NCBI GenBank assembly: GCA_015999985.1
Contig: JAECRA010000003.1
Location: forward strand, 45,474 to 109,473
DNA from: Comamonadaceae bacterium
GTDB lineage: Bacteria > Pseudomonadota > Gammaproteobacteria > Burkholderiales > Burkholderiaceae_C
Length of the DNA stretch: 64,000 bases
Direction: 5' to 3'
The notes beneath the pieces were generated by a model. That model ran no database searches. It was not told the origin of the DNA and saw only the letters and a program-made list of their open reading frames with translations. This document shows positions 18,918 through 27,895 of this stretch, piece after piece (position 1 is the first letter of the stretch; the number at the start of each line of letters is the position of its first letter). The position numbers and the translations under genes are program-made.

Positions 18918-19799
18918 TCAATCTTTACGGCCGAACAGGCCATTGGGCCGGAAGGCCAGCGTGAGAATCATGACCAGGAAGATCACCACGTTGGCGCCTT
19001 CCGGGTAGAACACCTTGGTCAAACCTTCAATGACGCCCAGTCCGAAGCCCGTGATGATGGAGCCCATGATCGAGCCCATGCCACCGATCACCACCACCGC
19101 GAACACCACGATGATCAGGTTGGACCCCATCAAGGGGCTCACCTGGTAGATGGGTGCCGCCATCACACCCGCAAAACCGGCCAGCCCCACCGCCAGGCCA
19201 TAGGTCAGCATCAGCATACGGGGCACGTTGATGCCGAAACTGCGCACCAGCGTGGGGTTTTCATTGGCGGCGCGGAGATAGGCTCCCAGCTTGGTACGTT
19301 CAATGAAATACCAGGTGCCTACGCACACGGCCAGTGCCACCCCGATGACCCAGAGGCGATACCACGGTATGAAGGTAAAGGAAAGATCCAGGCCACCTTC
19401 CAGCGGGTTGGGATACGGCTGGCCGCTGGCTCCGAACTTGTAGCGGAAAGCGCCTTCTACGAGCAAGGCCACCCCAAAGGTGAGCAGCAAGGCGTAGACA
19501 TGGTCCACGTGATAGAGATGGCGCAGAAATACGCGCTCCATCAGCACACCAAATGCCGCCACCAACAACGGCGCCAGGATCAGGGCCCACCAGTAGCTGA
19601 GGCCCAGATACTCCAGCAGTCCCCAGGCGACAAAAGCGCCCATCATGTACTGCGCGCCATGAGCAAAGTTCACAACGTGCAAAAGGCCAAAGATGATGGA
19701 AAGGCCCAAGCTCATCAGCGCGTAGAACGCGCCGTTGATCAGCCCCACAATCAACTGCCCAACGAATGCCGACACCGGCACACCAAATATTGAATCCAT
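18918..19799 (-). CDS. Branched-chain amino acid-type ABC transporter permease (LivH-like)
   Basis: GL..IFG...VVNFAHGA, TKLGAYLRA, VVVIGGMGS. Confidence 0.93.
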   Translation of the reverse strand: MDSIFGVPVSAFVGQLIVGLINGAFYALMSLGLSIIFGLLHVVNFAHGAQYMMGAFVAWGLLEYLGLSYWWALILAPLLVAAFGVLMERVFLRHLYHVDHVYALLLTFGVALLVEGAFRYKFGASGQPYPNPLEGGLDLSFTFIPWYRLWVIGVALAVCVGTWYFIERTKLGAYLRAANENPTLVRSFGINVPRMLMLTYGLAVGLAGFAGVMAAPIYQVSPLMGSNLIIVVFAVVVIGGMGSIMGSIITGFGLGVIEGLTKVFYPEGANVVIFLVMILTLAFRPNGLFGRKD

Positions 19800-19837
19800 T
19801 ATTCCTGTCTCCTTATCCTGAGCTTGTGCAGCGGGCC

Positions 19838-20548
19838 TTAAAGGCCCAGCAAAGCTTCGATGCGTGCGCGGTTGGGTTCAATATCGCTTTGCACAAACTG
19901 ATCGGCCACCATGCCTTCTTCGATCACGTAGAAGCGGTCAGCCAATTGCGATGCAAAGCGGAAGTTCTGCTCCACCATCAGCACAGTGAACCCTCGGCTG
20001 CGCAGCATGCTGACGGTCTGGCCTATTTTTTCGATGATGACGGGCGCCAAGCCCTCTGTGCATTCGTCCAGCAGCAACAGCTTGGCGCCCGTGCGCAGAA
20101 TGCGTCCAATGGCCAGCATTTGCTGCTCGCCCCCAGACAGCTTCGTGCCCGGACTGGTGCGGCGCGTCTTGAGGTTGGGAAACAACGTGTAGATTTCTTC
20201 CACGCTCAAGCCCCCTGGATGAAGCACAGGCGGCAGCATGAGGTTTTCTTCGGTCGTCAGGCTGGCGAAGATGCCGCGCTCCTCCGGGCAGTAAGCCAGG
20301 CCCAGGTGGGCAATGGCCTCTGGTGGCAAGCCGGCAGTGGACTGGCCTTTGACCGTGATTTCACCCCCGCGTTTTTGCAAGATGCCCATGATGGCGCGCA
20401 AGGTAGTGGTCTTGCCCGCGCCGTTGCGGCCCAGCAGACAGACAATCTCGCCTTCGCGGACCTCCAGGCTGATGTCGTGCAAGGCCTGGGTCTCGCCATA
20501 GTGCCCGGTCAGATGAGACACGCGCAGGAAGGGTGTTGCTTCAGACAT
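19838..20548 (-). CDS. ABC transporter ATP-binding protein (LivF-like)
   Basis: GRNGAGKTT, LSGGEQQMLAIGR, LLLDE, VEQN; ATG 20548. Confidence 0.93.
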   Translation of the reverse strand: MSEATPFLRVSHLTGHYGETQALHDISLEVREGEIVCLLGRNGAGKTTTLRAIMGILQKRGGEITVKGQSTAGLPPEAIAHLGLAYCPEERGIFASLTTEENLMLPPVLHPGGLSVEEIYTLFPNLKTRRTSPGTKLSGGEQQMLAIGRILRTGAKLLLLDECTEGLAPVIIEKIGQTVSMLRSRGFTVLMVEQNFRFASQLADRFYVIEEGMVADQFVQSDIEPNRARIEALLGL

Positions 20549-21305
20549 GAGCGCCTCCGACGTACGCTTCAATGACGCGCGGGTCGGTGGAGACCTGTGC
20601 ATACGTGCCCTCTGCCAGGACTTGGCCTGACTGCAGGACGGTGACCTGATCGCACAGCTCTGCAATCACTTTCATGTTGTGCTCCACCATCAACACCGTG
20701 CGCCCTTTGGCCACTCGTTGGATCATTTGCATGACAGGTTCAATATCTTCATGCCCAAGGCCCGCCATCGGCTCGTCCAGCAAAATCAGCTCTGGCTCCA
20801 GAGCAATCGTGGTCACCAACTCAAGCACGCGCTTGCGTCCATAGGACAGGTCGCCCGCTGGCGCATCTGCCCAACGCGTGAGCCCTACCATGTCCAGCAA
20901 TTCGCGGGCACGATCGTCCAATACATGAAGGACGCTCTGGTTGCGCCAGAACGCGTAGTTCCAGCGTGTCTTGCGCTGAAGCGCCACCCGCACGTTCTCC
21001 AGCACCGTCATCTGGCTGAACACGGCAGATATCTGGAACGAACGCACCAGGCCGCTGTCCGCGACCGAAGCAGGGTCGCTTTTCTCTATGTGCCGTCCGT
21101 TGAACACAATAGTGCCCGCTGTCGGCTTCAAGAACGTGGTGAGCAGGTTGAAGCACGTGGTCTTGCCTGCCCCGTTGGGGCCAATCAGGGCATGGATGGT
21201 GTGCCTGCGCACTCGCAGATCGACGCCATTGACGGCATAGAAACCGCGAAACTGCTTGCTGAGGCCCGTGGCCTGCAAGATGTAGTCGTCCTCGTTCTTG
21301 TTCAT
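20541..21305 (-). CDS. ABC transporter ATP-binding protein (LivG-like)
   Basis: GPNGAGKTT, LSYGRKR, LLDEP.AG, VEHNM; ATG 21305 with RBS GGAG. Confidence 0.93.
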   Translation of the reverse strand: MNKNEDDYILQATGLSKQFRGFYAVNGVDLRVRRHTIHALIGPNGAGKTTCFNLLTTFLKPTAGTIVFNGRHIEKSDPASVADSGLVRSFQISAVFSQMTVLENVRVALQRKTRWNYAFWRNQSVLHVLDDRARELLDMVGLTRWADAPAGDLSYGRKRVLELVTTIALEPELILLDEPMAGLGHEDIEPVMQMIQRVAKGRTVLMVEHNMKVIAELCDQVTVLQSGQVLAEGTYAQVSTDPRVIEAYVGGAHV

Positions 21306-21337
21306 GCTTTTGTCTCCCTGATTGCTGGGATGGCCCA

Positions 21338-22102
21338 TTAGAGGAAGGCGTGTGTCACACCACCGTCCACCTTGATGCATTCGCCGGTCACCCAACTGCT
21401 CTGGTCGCTTGCAAGAAACGCCACAGCCGAAGAGATGTCTTCAACTTCACCCAGACGCCGCAGCGGCGTCTTGGCCAGACGGAGCTTGACTTTCTCCGGG
21501 TCCAGATTGATCTTGACGCCTTCCGTAGCCACGGAACCTGGGCCGATCGCATTGACGCGAATGCCCCGAGGCCCAAGATCCACCGCCGCAGAGCGGGTAA
21601 GCCCCAGAACGCCGGCTTTGACGCCGCAATAGATGGTGGCTTGGGGAATGCCCAGGAATGCTGCTGCCGACGCGATGTTGATGACGCTGCCGCCCTGGCC
21701 CATGTGCAACGATGCCGCTTGAATGCCCCAGACCACAGAGTTGAAGCCCGTTCCCACCATGCGCCCGACGGCCTCCGGTGTGAGGTCGTCAATGGGCCCA
21801 TAGCGCACCCACATGGCGTTGCTGACGAGCACGTCGAGCCGGCCGTACTTTTCCTTCAGCGTAGCGGCGGCATTCATCACGGTGTCGCGTTGCGCGACAT
21901 CACCGCCAAAGGCCATGGCTTGATGGCCAGCCGCGCGCAAGGCTGCGGCGGCTTCTTCTGCCAACGGCAGTTTGAGATCGAGTACCCCTACGATGGCGCC
22001 ATCAGAAGCCAGTCGCTCCACGATGGCCCGCCCGATGCCTTGTGCGCCACCTGTTACCAGGGCCACACGTCCTTGTAGTGCTTGTGTTTGTGCTTGTGTC
22101 AT
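21338..22102 (-). CDS. Short-chain dehydrogenase/reductase
   Basis: VTGGAQGIG, YCGVK, RVNAIGPG, VDGG; ATG 22102. Confidence 0.92.
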   Translation of the reverse strand: MTQAQTQALQGRVALVTGGAQGIGRAIVERLASDGAIVGVLDLKLPLAEEAAAALRAAGHQAMAFGGDVAQRDTVMNAAATLKEKYGRLDVLVSNAMWVRYGPIDDLTPEAVGRMVGTGFNSVVWGIQAASLHMGQGGSVINIASAAAFLGIPQATIYCGVKAGVLGLTRSAAVDLGPRGIRVNAIGPGSVATEGVKINLDPEKVKLRLAKTPLRRLGEVEDISSAVAFLASDQSSWVTGECIKVDGGVTHAFL

Positions 22103-22127
22103 GCTGTTGTCGTTGCCGAAATAGTGG

Positions 22128-22435
22128 TCAAAGAGAGCGATCGTCAATTCGTGCTTCAGGAAGGCCACGCGCACCCGTCCCGAGGATGGCGATCAATGAG
22201 CCCCCGTTCGGATGGTCTGTGCGCAGCGTGTTTCCAGATTCACGGATGCTGCTCACGTAAATGGTGTCGAGGCTCTCGCCCCAGAAACACAGACAGGTCA
22301 CAAAGTGGCCGGATGAAAGCGTTGCACCAAATGGCGCGGGGCATCAATCCAGTAGAGCGATTGCGTGGTGGTGTCCCATAGTGGGCACTCCCCCAGCAAG
22401 TCCTGCCCGGTGGGCTCAATCTCAATATTCAACAC
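22128..22435 (-). pseudogene. SMP-30/gluconolactonase-family pseudogene with a large internal deletion
   Basis: N-terminal fragment 22435-22298: VLNIEIEPTGQDLLGECPLWDTTTQSLYWIDAPRHLVQRFHPATL*. It is joined out of frame to a C-terminal fragment VTCLCFWGESLDTIYVSSIRESGNTLRTDHPNGGSLIAILGTGARGLPEARIDDRSL* ending at 22128. Confidence 0.8.
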
Positions 22436-22512
22436 GTGCTTTTCTCATGCGCGCTGCGCCGCATACCAGACCGTGAAGGTGGCTTGCACGCGGGCAGCTC
22501 GTTTTCTAGCGC

Positions 22513-23730
22513 TTATTTCTTGAGGAAGTCGCAAGGGTTTTCATTGAGGGGGCGGAAGATCTGGTCAGGTGCGATTTCGCCTCTGATGATGTAGAGATCA
22601 TTCTTGCCACCCTTGGATTCAGCCGGCGTCTTGACTTGCACCATGTACACGGGGCGCATGACCTGGCCGTCTTCGCGGATGGTCACGTTCTTCATTTCGA
22701 AGTCGTTGATCGGCGTGGATTTCATCTTGGCCACGACAGCCTTGCCTTCATCCGTACCAGCCGCCTGCACTGCCTTCAGGTAGTGCATGGCCGCGCTGTA
22801 GGAACCCGCCATGATGTAGGTGGGCAGGACGCCCTTGTTGCGATCGATGAAGCGCTTGGCCCAGGCGCGGGAGTCAGCATCGCGGTCCCAGTAAAAAGGC
22901 GTGTTGATCTGCAGGCCCTGGCCCACAGGCAGACCCATGGCCACGACGGTATTGATGGTGGCCCCTGTGGTCGTGACAATCTGGCCGCTTTTCGTCAGGC
23001 GGTACTCGCTGGCTTGCTTGATGGCATTGCTCAGATCCGCTCCGGCGCTCAGAAACACGACGGCTTGCGCCTTGCTGGCCTGCGCCTGCAGCAGGTAGGA
23101 CGAGAAGTCAGTCGTGCCCAGCGGGTGCTTGACCGCGCCCACCACCTTGCCACCGCCAGCTTCAATGAACTTGGTCGCTTCGGCCTGCAGCGCCGCACCG
23201 AAGGCATAGTCCACGGTCACGAAGTAGAAGGATTTGACGCCTTGCTTCATCAAGCTTTGCACCGTGGCTTTGGGCATCGCGTAGGTGTCCAGCAGGAACT
23301 GCATGTTCATGGGCGAGCAGGACTTGCCGGTCAGGTCGGCCGTGGTGGTGCCCGAGATCAGGTACGGTTTGTTGTGCTGCTTCATCATCGCGCTCACGCT
23401 CAGCGCAATGGCCGATGTGGAGTTGCTGATGATGGTGTCGACCTTGTCGCGCTCAATCCACTGACGGGCGATATTGGTGCCAACATCTGGCTTGTTCTGG
23501 TCGTCGGCGACCACCACTTCAATGGTTTTGCCGTTGACCTTGCCGCCGAAGTCTTCCACAGCCATGCGCACCGCAAGGACCTGACCAGGGCCGCCATTGC
23601 CGGAGTACGGGCCGGTCTGGTCGCCCATGACACCGATTCGAACGACGTCGTCGGATATCTGGGCCTGCGCCGCTCCGCCAAGCGCGAGCAATGCGGCAGC
23701 GATGAGAGTGCTCTTGTACTGGAATGCCAT
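22513..23730 (-). CDS. Branched-chain amino acid-type ABC substrate-binding protein
   Basis: [49 protein letters not shown]. Confidence 0.93.
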   Translation of the reverse strand: MAFQYKSTLIAAALLALGGAAQAQISDDVVRIGVMGDQTGPYSGNGGPGQVLAVRMAVEDFGGKVNGKTIEVVVADDQNKPDVGTNIARQWIERDKVDTIISNSTSAIALSVSAMMKQHNKPYLISGTTTADLTGKSCSPMNMQFLLDTYAMPKATVQSLMKQGVKSFYFVTVDYAFGAALQAEATKFIEAGGGKVVGAVKHPLGTTDFSSYLLQAQASKAQAVVFLSAGADLSNAIKQASEYRLTKSGQIVTTTGATINTVVAMGLPVGQGLQINTPFYWDRDADSRAWAKRFIDRNKGVLPTYIMAGSYSAAMHYLKAVQAAGTDEGKAVVAKMKSTPINDFEMKNVTIREDGQVMRPVYMVQVKTPAESKGGKNDLYIIRGEIAPDQIFRPLNENPCDFLKK

Positions 23731-23826
23731 GGTTTGTCTCCGTGAAAAAGTCAGTGGGAAAGGCCGAAACGAATATCTGCTTGCAATTTATTGGGCGGCT
23801 GAGAGGCCTGCGTGGACGGGTAAGCG

Positions 23827-25479
23827 TCAATCCACGTCGGTCACCAACCGGTGCTTCCTGAATTGCTCCCTGAGCTGCATCTTCAGAATCTTGCCGGTGG
23901 CGGTGTGCGGTAGCTCCTCCATGAAGACGACTTCATCAGGCAGCCACCACTTGGCCACTTTGTCTTTCATGTAGGTCAGTATTTCTTCGCTGCTGGGGGT
24001 CTCGCCGGCCTGTGGCACCACGATCAGCAAAGGCCGCTCCTGCCATTTGCTGTGACCCACTCCGATCACGGCGGCTTCGCGCACCTTGGCGTGCCCCAGA
24101 GCCGTGTTCTCCAGATCAATGGACGAGATCCATTCACCGCCAGACTTGATCACGTCCTTGCTGCGATCGGTGATCTGCACATAGCCATCAGGGTCGATGC
24201 AGGCCACGTCGCCCGTGCTGAACCAGCCCTCTTCGTCCATGGCCGAGCCTGCTGGATTGCCGTAATAGGCGGAGACCACCCAGGGTCCGCGCACACGCAA
24301 TTCGCCGACGTGTTTGCCATCATGAGGCAGCGCCTGGTTCTCGGCATTGAACACCCCGATTTCAAGGCCAAAAATGGCGCGGCCTTGTCGGCACTGCACA
24401 TCGAATCGCTGCTCCAAAGTCTGTCCTTCGTGCTGCGGCAAGAGATTGCAGACCGTGGCCAGGGGCCCGGTTTCAGTCATGCCCCAGGCCTGAATGACGA
24501 AAGCGCCAAACTCGCGCTCGAACCTTTCGATGATGGGGCGCGGTGCAGCAGAGCCACCCACGACCACCCGCTCCAGCCGGATGTCTTTCAGATTCAGTGT
24601 CGCGCGGTTCTGGTCGATGTACTGAAAGAACCCCAGCCATACCGTGGGCACACCCAGGGAAAAGGTGCAGCCTTCGTCGCGCATCAAGGCATAGAGACGA
24701 TCACCCGAAACCCCGGCGCCGGGCAAAACCAGCTTGGCGCCGCACATGGCCGACGCATAGGGAACGCCCCAGGCATTCACATGGAACATGGGCACAGCCA
24801 GGAGCACGCTGTCTCTTGCATTCAACCCCAGCCCGTCTACTGCGCAGGCGGCATAGCTGTGCAGCACCGTGGAGCGGTGGCTGTAGAGCACTCCCTTGGG
24901 GTTGCCCGTGGTGCCAGAGGTGTAGCACATGGAAGAGGCCTGGTCTTCGTCGAGGTTGGGCCACACGTAGTCTTCGCGACCGCTGGCCAGAAGCTCTTCA
25001 TAGGCACACAAACCCGGCAGATTCAGCTTGGGTAGTTGCTCCTGGCGGCACAGCGCTATGTAGCGCTTTACCTTGGGCAACTGAGGCGCCAGCTGAACCA
25101 CGAGATCGGCAAAATCGAGGTCGAAGCAAAGGGTTTCGCCCTCGGCGTGATCAACGATGTAGCGGATCTGCTCAGGAAAAAGGCGCGGGTTCACGGTGTG
25201 CAATACAGACCCCATGCCCGCCACGGCGTAATACAGCTCCAGGTGGCGGTCGGTATTCCATGCCAGTGTCACCACGCGCTGTGAAGGCTGCAGGCCACCG
25301 GCCTGCAGCGCACTTGCCAGCCGGCGTGCACGGCTCTCGACCGTGCGCCAGTCGCTGCGCCGCTGCTCGCCGCCATACAGCTGCGAGACGATCTCCACAT
25401 TTCCATGGTGGAGTGCTGCATGCCGGATAAGGCCCGATATCAGCAGTTGGCTTGGTTGCATCAACCCCTGCAAACTCAT
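23827..25479 (-). CDS. AMP-forming acyl-CoA ligase (medium/long-chain fatty acid or DmdB-like)
   Basis: [49 protein letters not shown]; ATG 25479 with RBS GGAG. Confidence 0.92.
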   Translation of the reverse strand: MSLQGLMQPSQLLISGLIRHAALHHGNVEIVSQLYGGEQRRSDWRTVESRARRLASALQAGGLQPSQRVVTLAWNTDRHLELYYAVAGMGSVLHTVNPRLFPEQIRYIVDHAEGETLCFDLDFADLVVQLAPQLPKVKRYIALCRQEQLPKLNLPGLCAYEELLASGREDYVWPNLDEDQASSMCYTSGTTGNPKGVLYSHRSTVLHSYAACAVDGLGLNARDSVLLAVPMFHVNAWGVPYASAMCGAKLVLPGAGVSGDRLYALMRDEGCTFSLGVPTVWLGFFQYIDQNRATLNLKDIRLERVVVGGSAAPRPIIERFEREFGAFVIQAWGMTETGPLATVCNLLPQHEGQTLEQRFDVQCRQGRAIFGLEIGVFNAENQALPHDGKHVGELRVRGPWVVSAYYGNPAGSAMDEEGWFSTGDVACIDPDGYVQITDRSKDVIKSGGEWISSIDLENTALGHAKVREAAVIGVGHSKWQERPLLIVVPQAGETPSSEEILTYMKDKVAKWWLPDEVVFMEELPHTATGKILKMQLREQFRKHRLVTDVD

Positions 25480-25542
25480 GTTGTCTCCGCACTTGGCCCT
25501 GTGGACCAAAAATTACTTGTTGTGGGGCCGCATGAGTAATTT

Positions 25543-25560
25543 ACATGCCGGCCGGTAAGT
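25543..25560. promoter_or_regulatory. Putative TetR operator, copy 3
   Basis: ACATGCCGGCCGGTAAGT (reverse complement ACTTACCGGCCGGCATGT) upstream of the CoA ligase. Weaker half-matches follow up to about 25610. Confidence 0.55.
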
Positions 25561-25778
25561 AATCACATGCTAGCAGGCCGGCTGCAAATAAACAATCGGC
25601 AGGTAAATTTCCAGGGTAAGTGTTTACCCGAGTATGCGGACAGGTCCTTTAGAGGACAGACGCGCGGGTTGGCATTTTGGGACGCAGTGCTGGTCAGGCT
25701 ACGGCAAAATGACGATTTACCGGCTATTCCTGCGGCGCGCTCACCGCCCGTCCGTGGGGACCACATTCAAGATTTCCC

Positions 25779-26183
25779 ATGTTGAGCAACCTCACTCCTT
25801 TTCTCATCCAGTGGGCCATTACGGCCCTTGCGCTCTGGGTCGCCAGCTACATCTTCAAAGGTGTGAAGTTCGACAGCACCGGGGCCTTGGTCGTCTCGGC
25901 GTTGCTGCTTGGCTTTGCAAACGCAATCGTCAAGCCGCTGCTCGTCATACTGACGCTGCCGCTCACCGTGGTCACCTTTGGCCTGTTCTTGCTGGTGATC
26001 AATGCCTTGATGATCCTGCTGGTATCCGCCGTGGTGAAAGGCTTTCGCGTTTCAGGCTTCTGGACTGCCTTGTTCGCCAGCGTATTCGTATCGATACTCA
26101 GCTTCATCATCGGTGCGCTGGTCACAGGCAGCGACCCCAGCATGAACATCCAGATGCCTTCTGGGTCAGAAACCTGGCTTTGA
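25779..26183 (+). CDS. 4-TM membrane protein of the phage-holin-4 / YvlD family
   Basis: LLGFANAIVKPLL.ILTLPLTVVTFGLFLLVINA and GFWTALFAS. Confidence 0.85.
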   Translation: MLSNLTPFLIQWAITALALWVASYIFKGVKFDSTGALVVSALLLGFANAIVKPLLVILTLPLTVVTFGLFLLVINALMILLVSAVVKGFRVSGFWTALFASVFVSILSFIIGALVTGSDPSMNIQMPSGSETWL

Positions 26184-26189
26184 TGAATA

Positions 26190-26228
26190 CCCGGGAGCGA
26201 GACCGCTGTAAAGCGTATCGCTCTTGGG
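26190..26228. terminator. Stem-loop between convergent genes
   Basis: CCCGGGAGCGA..CGCT-GTAA-AGCG..TCGCTCTTGGG. Confidence 0.4.
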
Positions 26229-26252
26229 AGCACTAGGGCGTGTTAACACTCC

Positions 26253-26813
26253 CTAGTCCAGCTTGCTAGCGCCTTCCAGACCTAGTACCAAAGGCTGCTT
26301 GGTATCGCCAATGTTGTGCAAACCGGAAGGCGACAGTTTCAAGCCGCGCGCCGTGAAATGCACAAAGCCGTGGACTTGCGTGACCGTCACGCTGCCTTGA
26401 GCGTTATTGGAGTTCCACTCCAGGATTTTCTGGTTGGCGACATCTGCAAAAGCCACATGCACTTTGCGCCCCGCCGCGTCAGGCTCGGCAGCCACTTGGT
26501 AGACGCCAGGCGCCGGACGAGGTGAGCCAAAGTCCAGCGTGAGCACCTGCAGTTGGTTGTTCGACGCCAGTACAAAAGCCTTGGGCGTATCCATGTAATT
26601 CAGACCGGTCTTCAGCGTGTAGCGTTTAGAGCCGACTTCCGCGCGCAACTCGCCAGAGTTGTACCAGCCATTGGGACCGGCATAGAGTTTGCTCTTGGGG
26701 TTGCTAAACCGGTCGTCACTGGCCTGTGGCGCGGTGCCCCACACATCGGAAGCGGGCTGCGCATGGGCCAAAGAGGCGACCACCAAGACGGAACTAATGA
26801 ATAGAGCACGCAC
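26253..26813 (-). CDS. Hypothetical exported protein
   Basis: Sec signal peptide ending ASLAHA-Q; beta-strand-like mature region; fills the gap between genes. Confidence 0.7.
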   Translation of the reverse strand: MRALFISSVLVVASLAHAQPASDVWGTAPQASDDRFSNPKSKLYAGPNGWYNSGELRAEVGSKRYTLKTGLNYMDTPKAFVLASNNQLQVLTLDFGSPRPAPGVYQVAAEPDAAGRKVHVAFADVANQKILEWNSNNAQGSVTVTQVHGFVHFTARGLKLSPSGLHNIGDTKQPLVLGLEGASKLD

Positions 26814-26907
26814 GGCAAGCCTTTTGAAGACGAGGGTGCGTCAAGATATCACAAGGCGTGGAAATCTCCACCTCGAAAGATGAATTGATCCGGCGTGCTC
26901 AAACGGG

Positions 26908-27720
26908 TCAGAACCCGATTCCAAAACCCACTGAAGAGCCCCAGCTGCGGTGGCCGCCCCAGCCGCGGCCCACGGAAAGCGTGACGCCCACGGGGTTGGA
27001 GTAGACCGGCGCCGGCACGTACACAGGCGCTGGTGCGGGCACATAGATGACCTGCGGCTGCGCCACCGGATATGGCTGCGGGTAGGGCTGCGCGTATGGG
27101 TGCGGATAGGCCTGTGGGTAAGGCTGAGGATAGGGCTGCTGATAGACCGGCGCCGTCACGACCCCAGTGGCCGGGTAGGGGGCTGGATAGCCTTGGGGCA
27201 AGGGATATGCGCCCGCCGAGGGCTGCGGCGCCACTGGGTAGGTCTGAACCGGCGGGGAATCATAGCGACCGTAGGTGTTGTCAGGGGCAGGCACCTGCAC
27301 CCAGCCTCCCGGGTCATTGGCCATGCGCGTCTGGTAGCGTTGCCCACCCAGTTCGTAGCTGACGTCGTAGGCGGTCACGCGGTTTTCATAGCGCGTTGCA
27401 CAGCCTGCGTAACGCTGCTGAGACTCAGCTGTATTGCCCAGAGCGGCACCGCCCAGCACGCCTGCTGCCGTGGCCAAGGCGCGGCCGTCTCCACCGCCAA
27501 ATGAGTTGCCGATCACCCCGCCAATGACCGCACCCAACACGGCGCCCACGCCGGAAGGCGCGCTGTAACCAGGCGCGCAGCCCTGCACGGGAACCGCTTC
27601 CCATACAGGTGCAGATGAAATAACGCGCGCATTGACCATGGACTGTGCGTTGGCGGCCGCGGCCACACAGGCCAGCGACGCGATGACCAGGAATTTAGGT
27701 GTCATGGCAAATGATGTCAT
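26908..27720 (-). CDS. Glycine-zipper 2TM domain protein with a Pro/Tyr/Gln-rich tail
   Basis: Signal peptide, ARVISS.PV, GAVLGAVIGGVIGNSFGGGDG..ATAAG..GG, YDVSYE..G..Y (YcfJ-like), then YPQP repeats. Confidence 0.85.
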   Translation of the reverse strand: MTSFAMTPKFLVIASLACVAAAANAQSMVNARVISSAPVWEAVPVQGCAPGYSAPSGVGAVLGAVIGGVIGNSFGGGDGRALATAAGVLGGAALGNTAESQQRYAGCATRYENRVTAYDVSYELGGQRYQTRMANDPGGWVQVPAPDNTYGRYDSPPVQTYPVAPQPSAGAYPLPQGYPAPYPATGVVTAPVYQQPYPQPYPQAYPHPYAQPYPQPYPVAQPQVIYVPAPAPVYVPAPVYSNPVGVTLSVGRGWGGHRSWGSSVGFGIGF

Positions 27721-27895
27721 GGCTTCTCCGAAACCCATATAAGAGGGAACCAAAGCTGTACTCTACAGCTGCTTGACTCTTCAACGCTTTTTCGGGGACT
27801 CTGGTCGACGACCTTTACACCCCATTCACATCTTGCTCTTGCTTGGCGCCTGCTGACTGCTGCCCAGGTCGGGCACCTGTCCAATCCCTCAACCG

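Noticed and set aside
22636-23745. 369-aa + strand ORF
   Set aside because: Antisense shadow of the ABC binding protein.
25779-26183. Holin-family gene as evidence of a prophage
   Set aside because: No endolysin, integrase or structural genes nearby; this family is commonly chromosomal.
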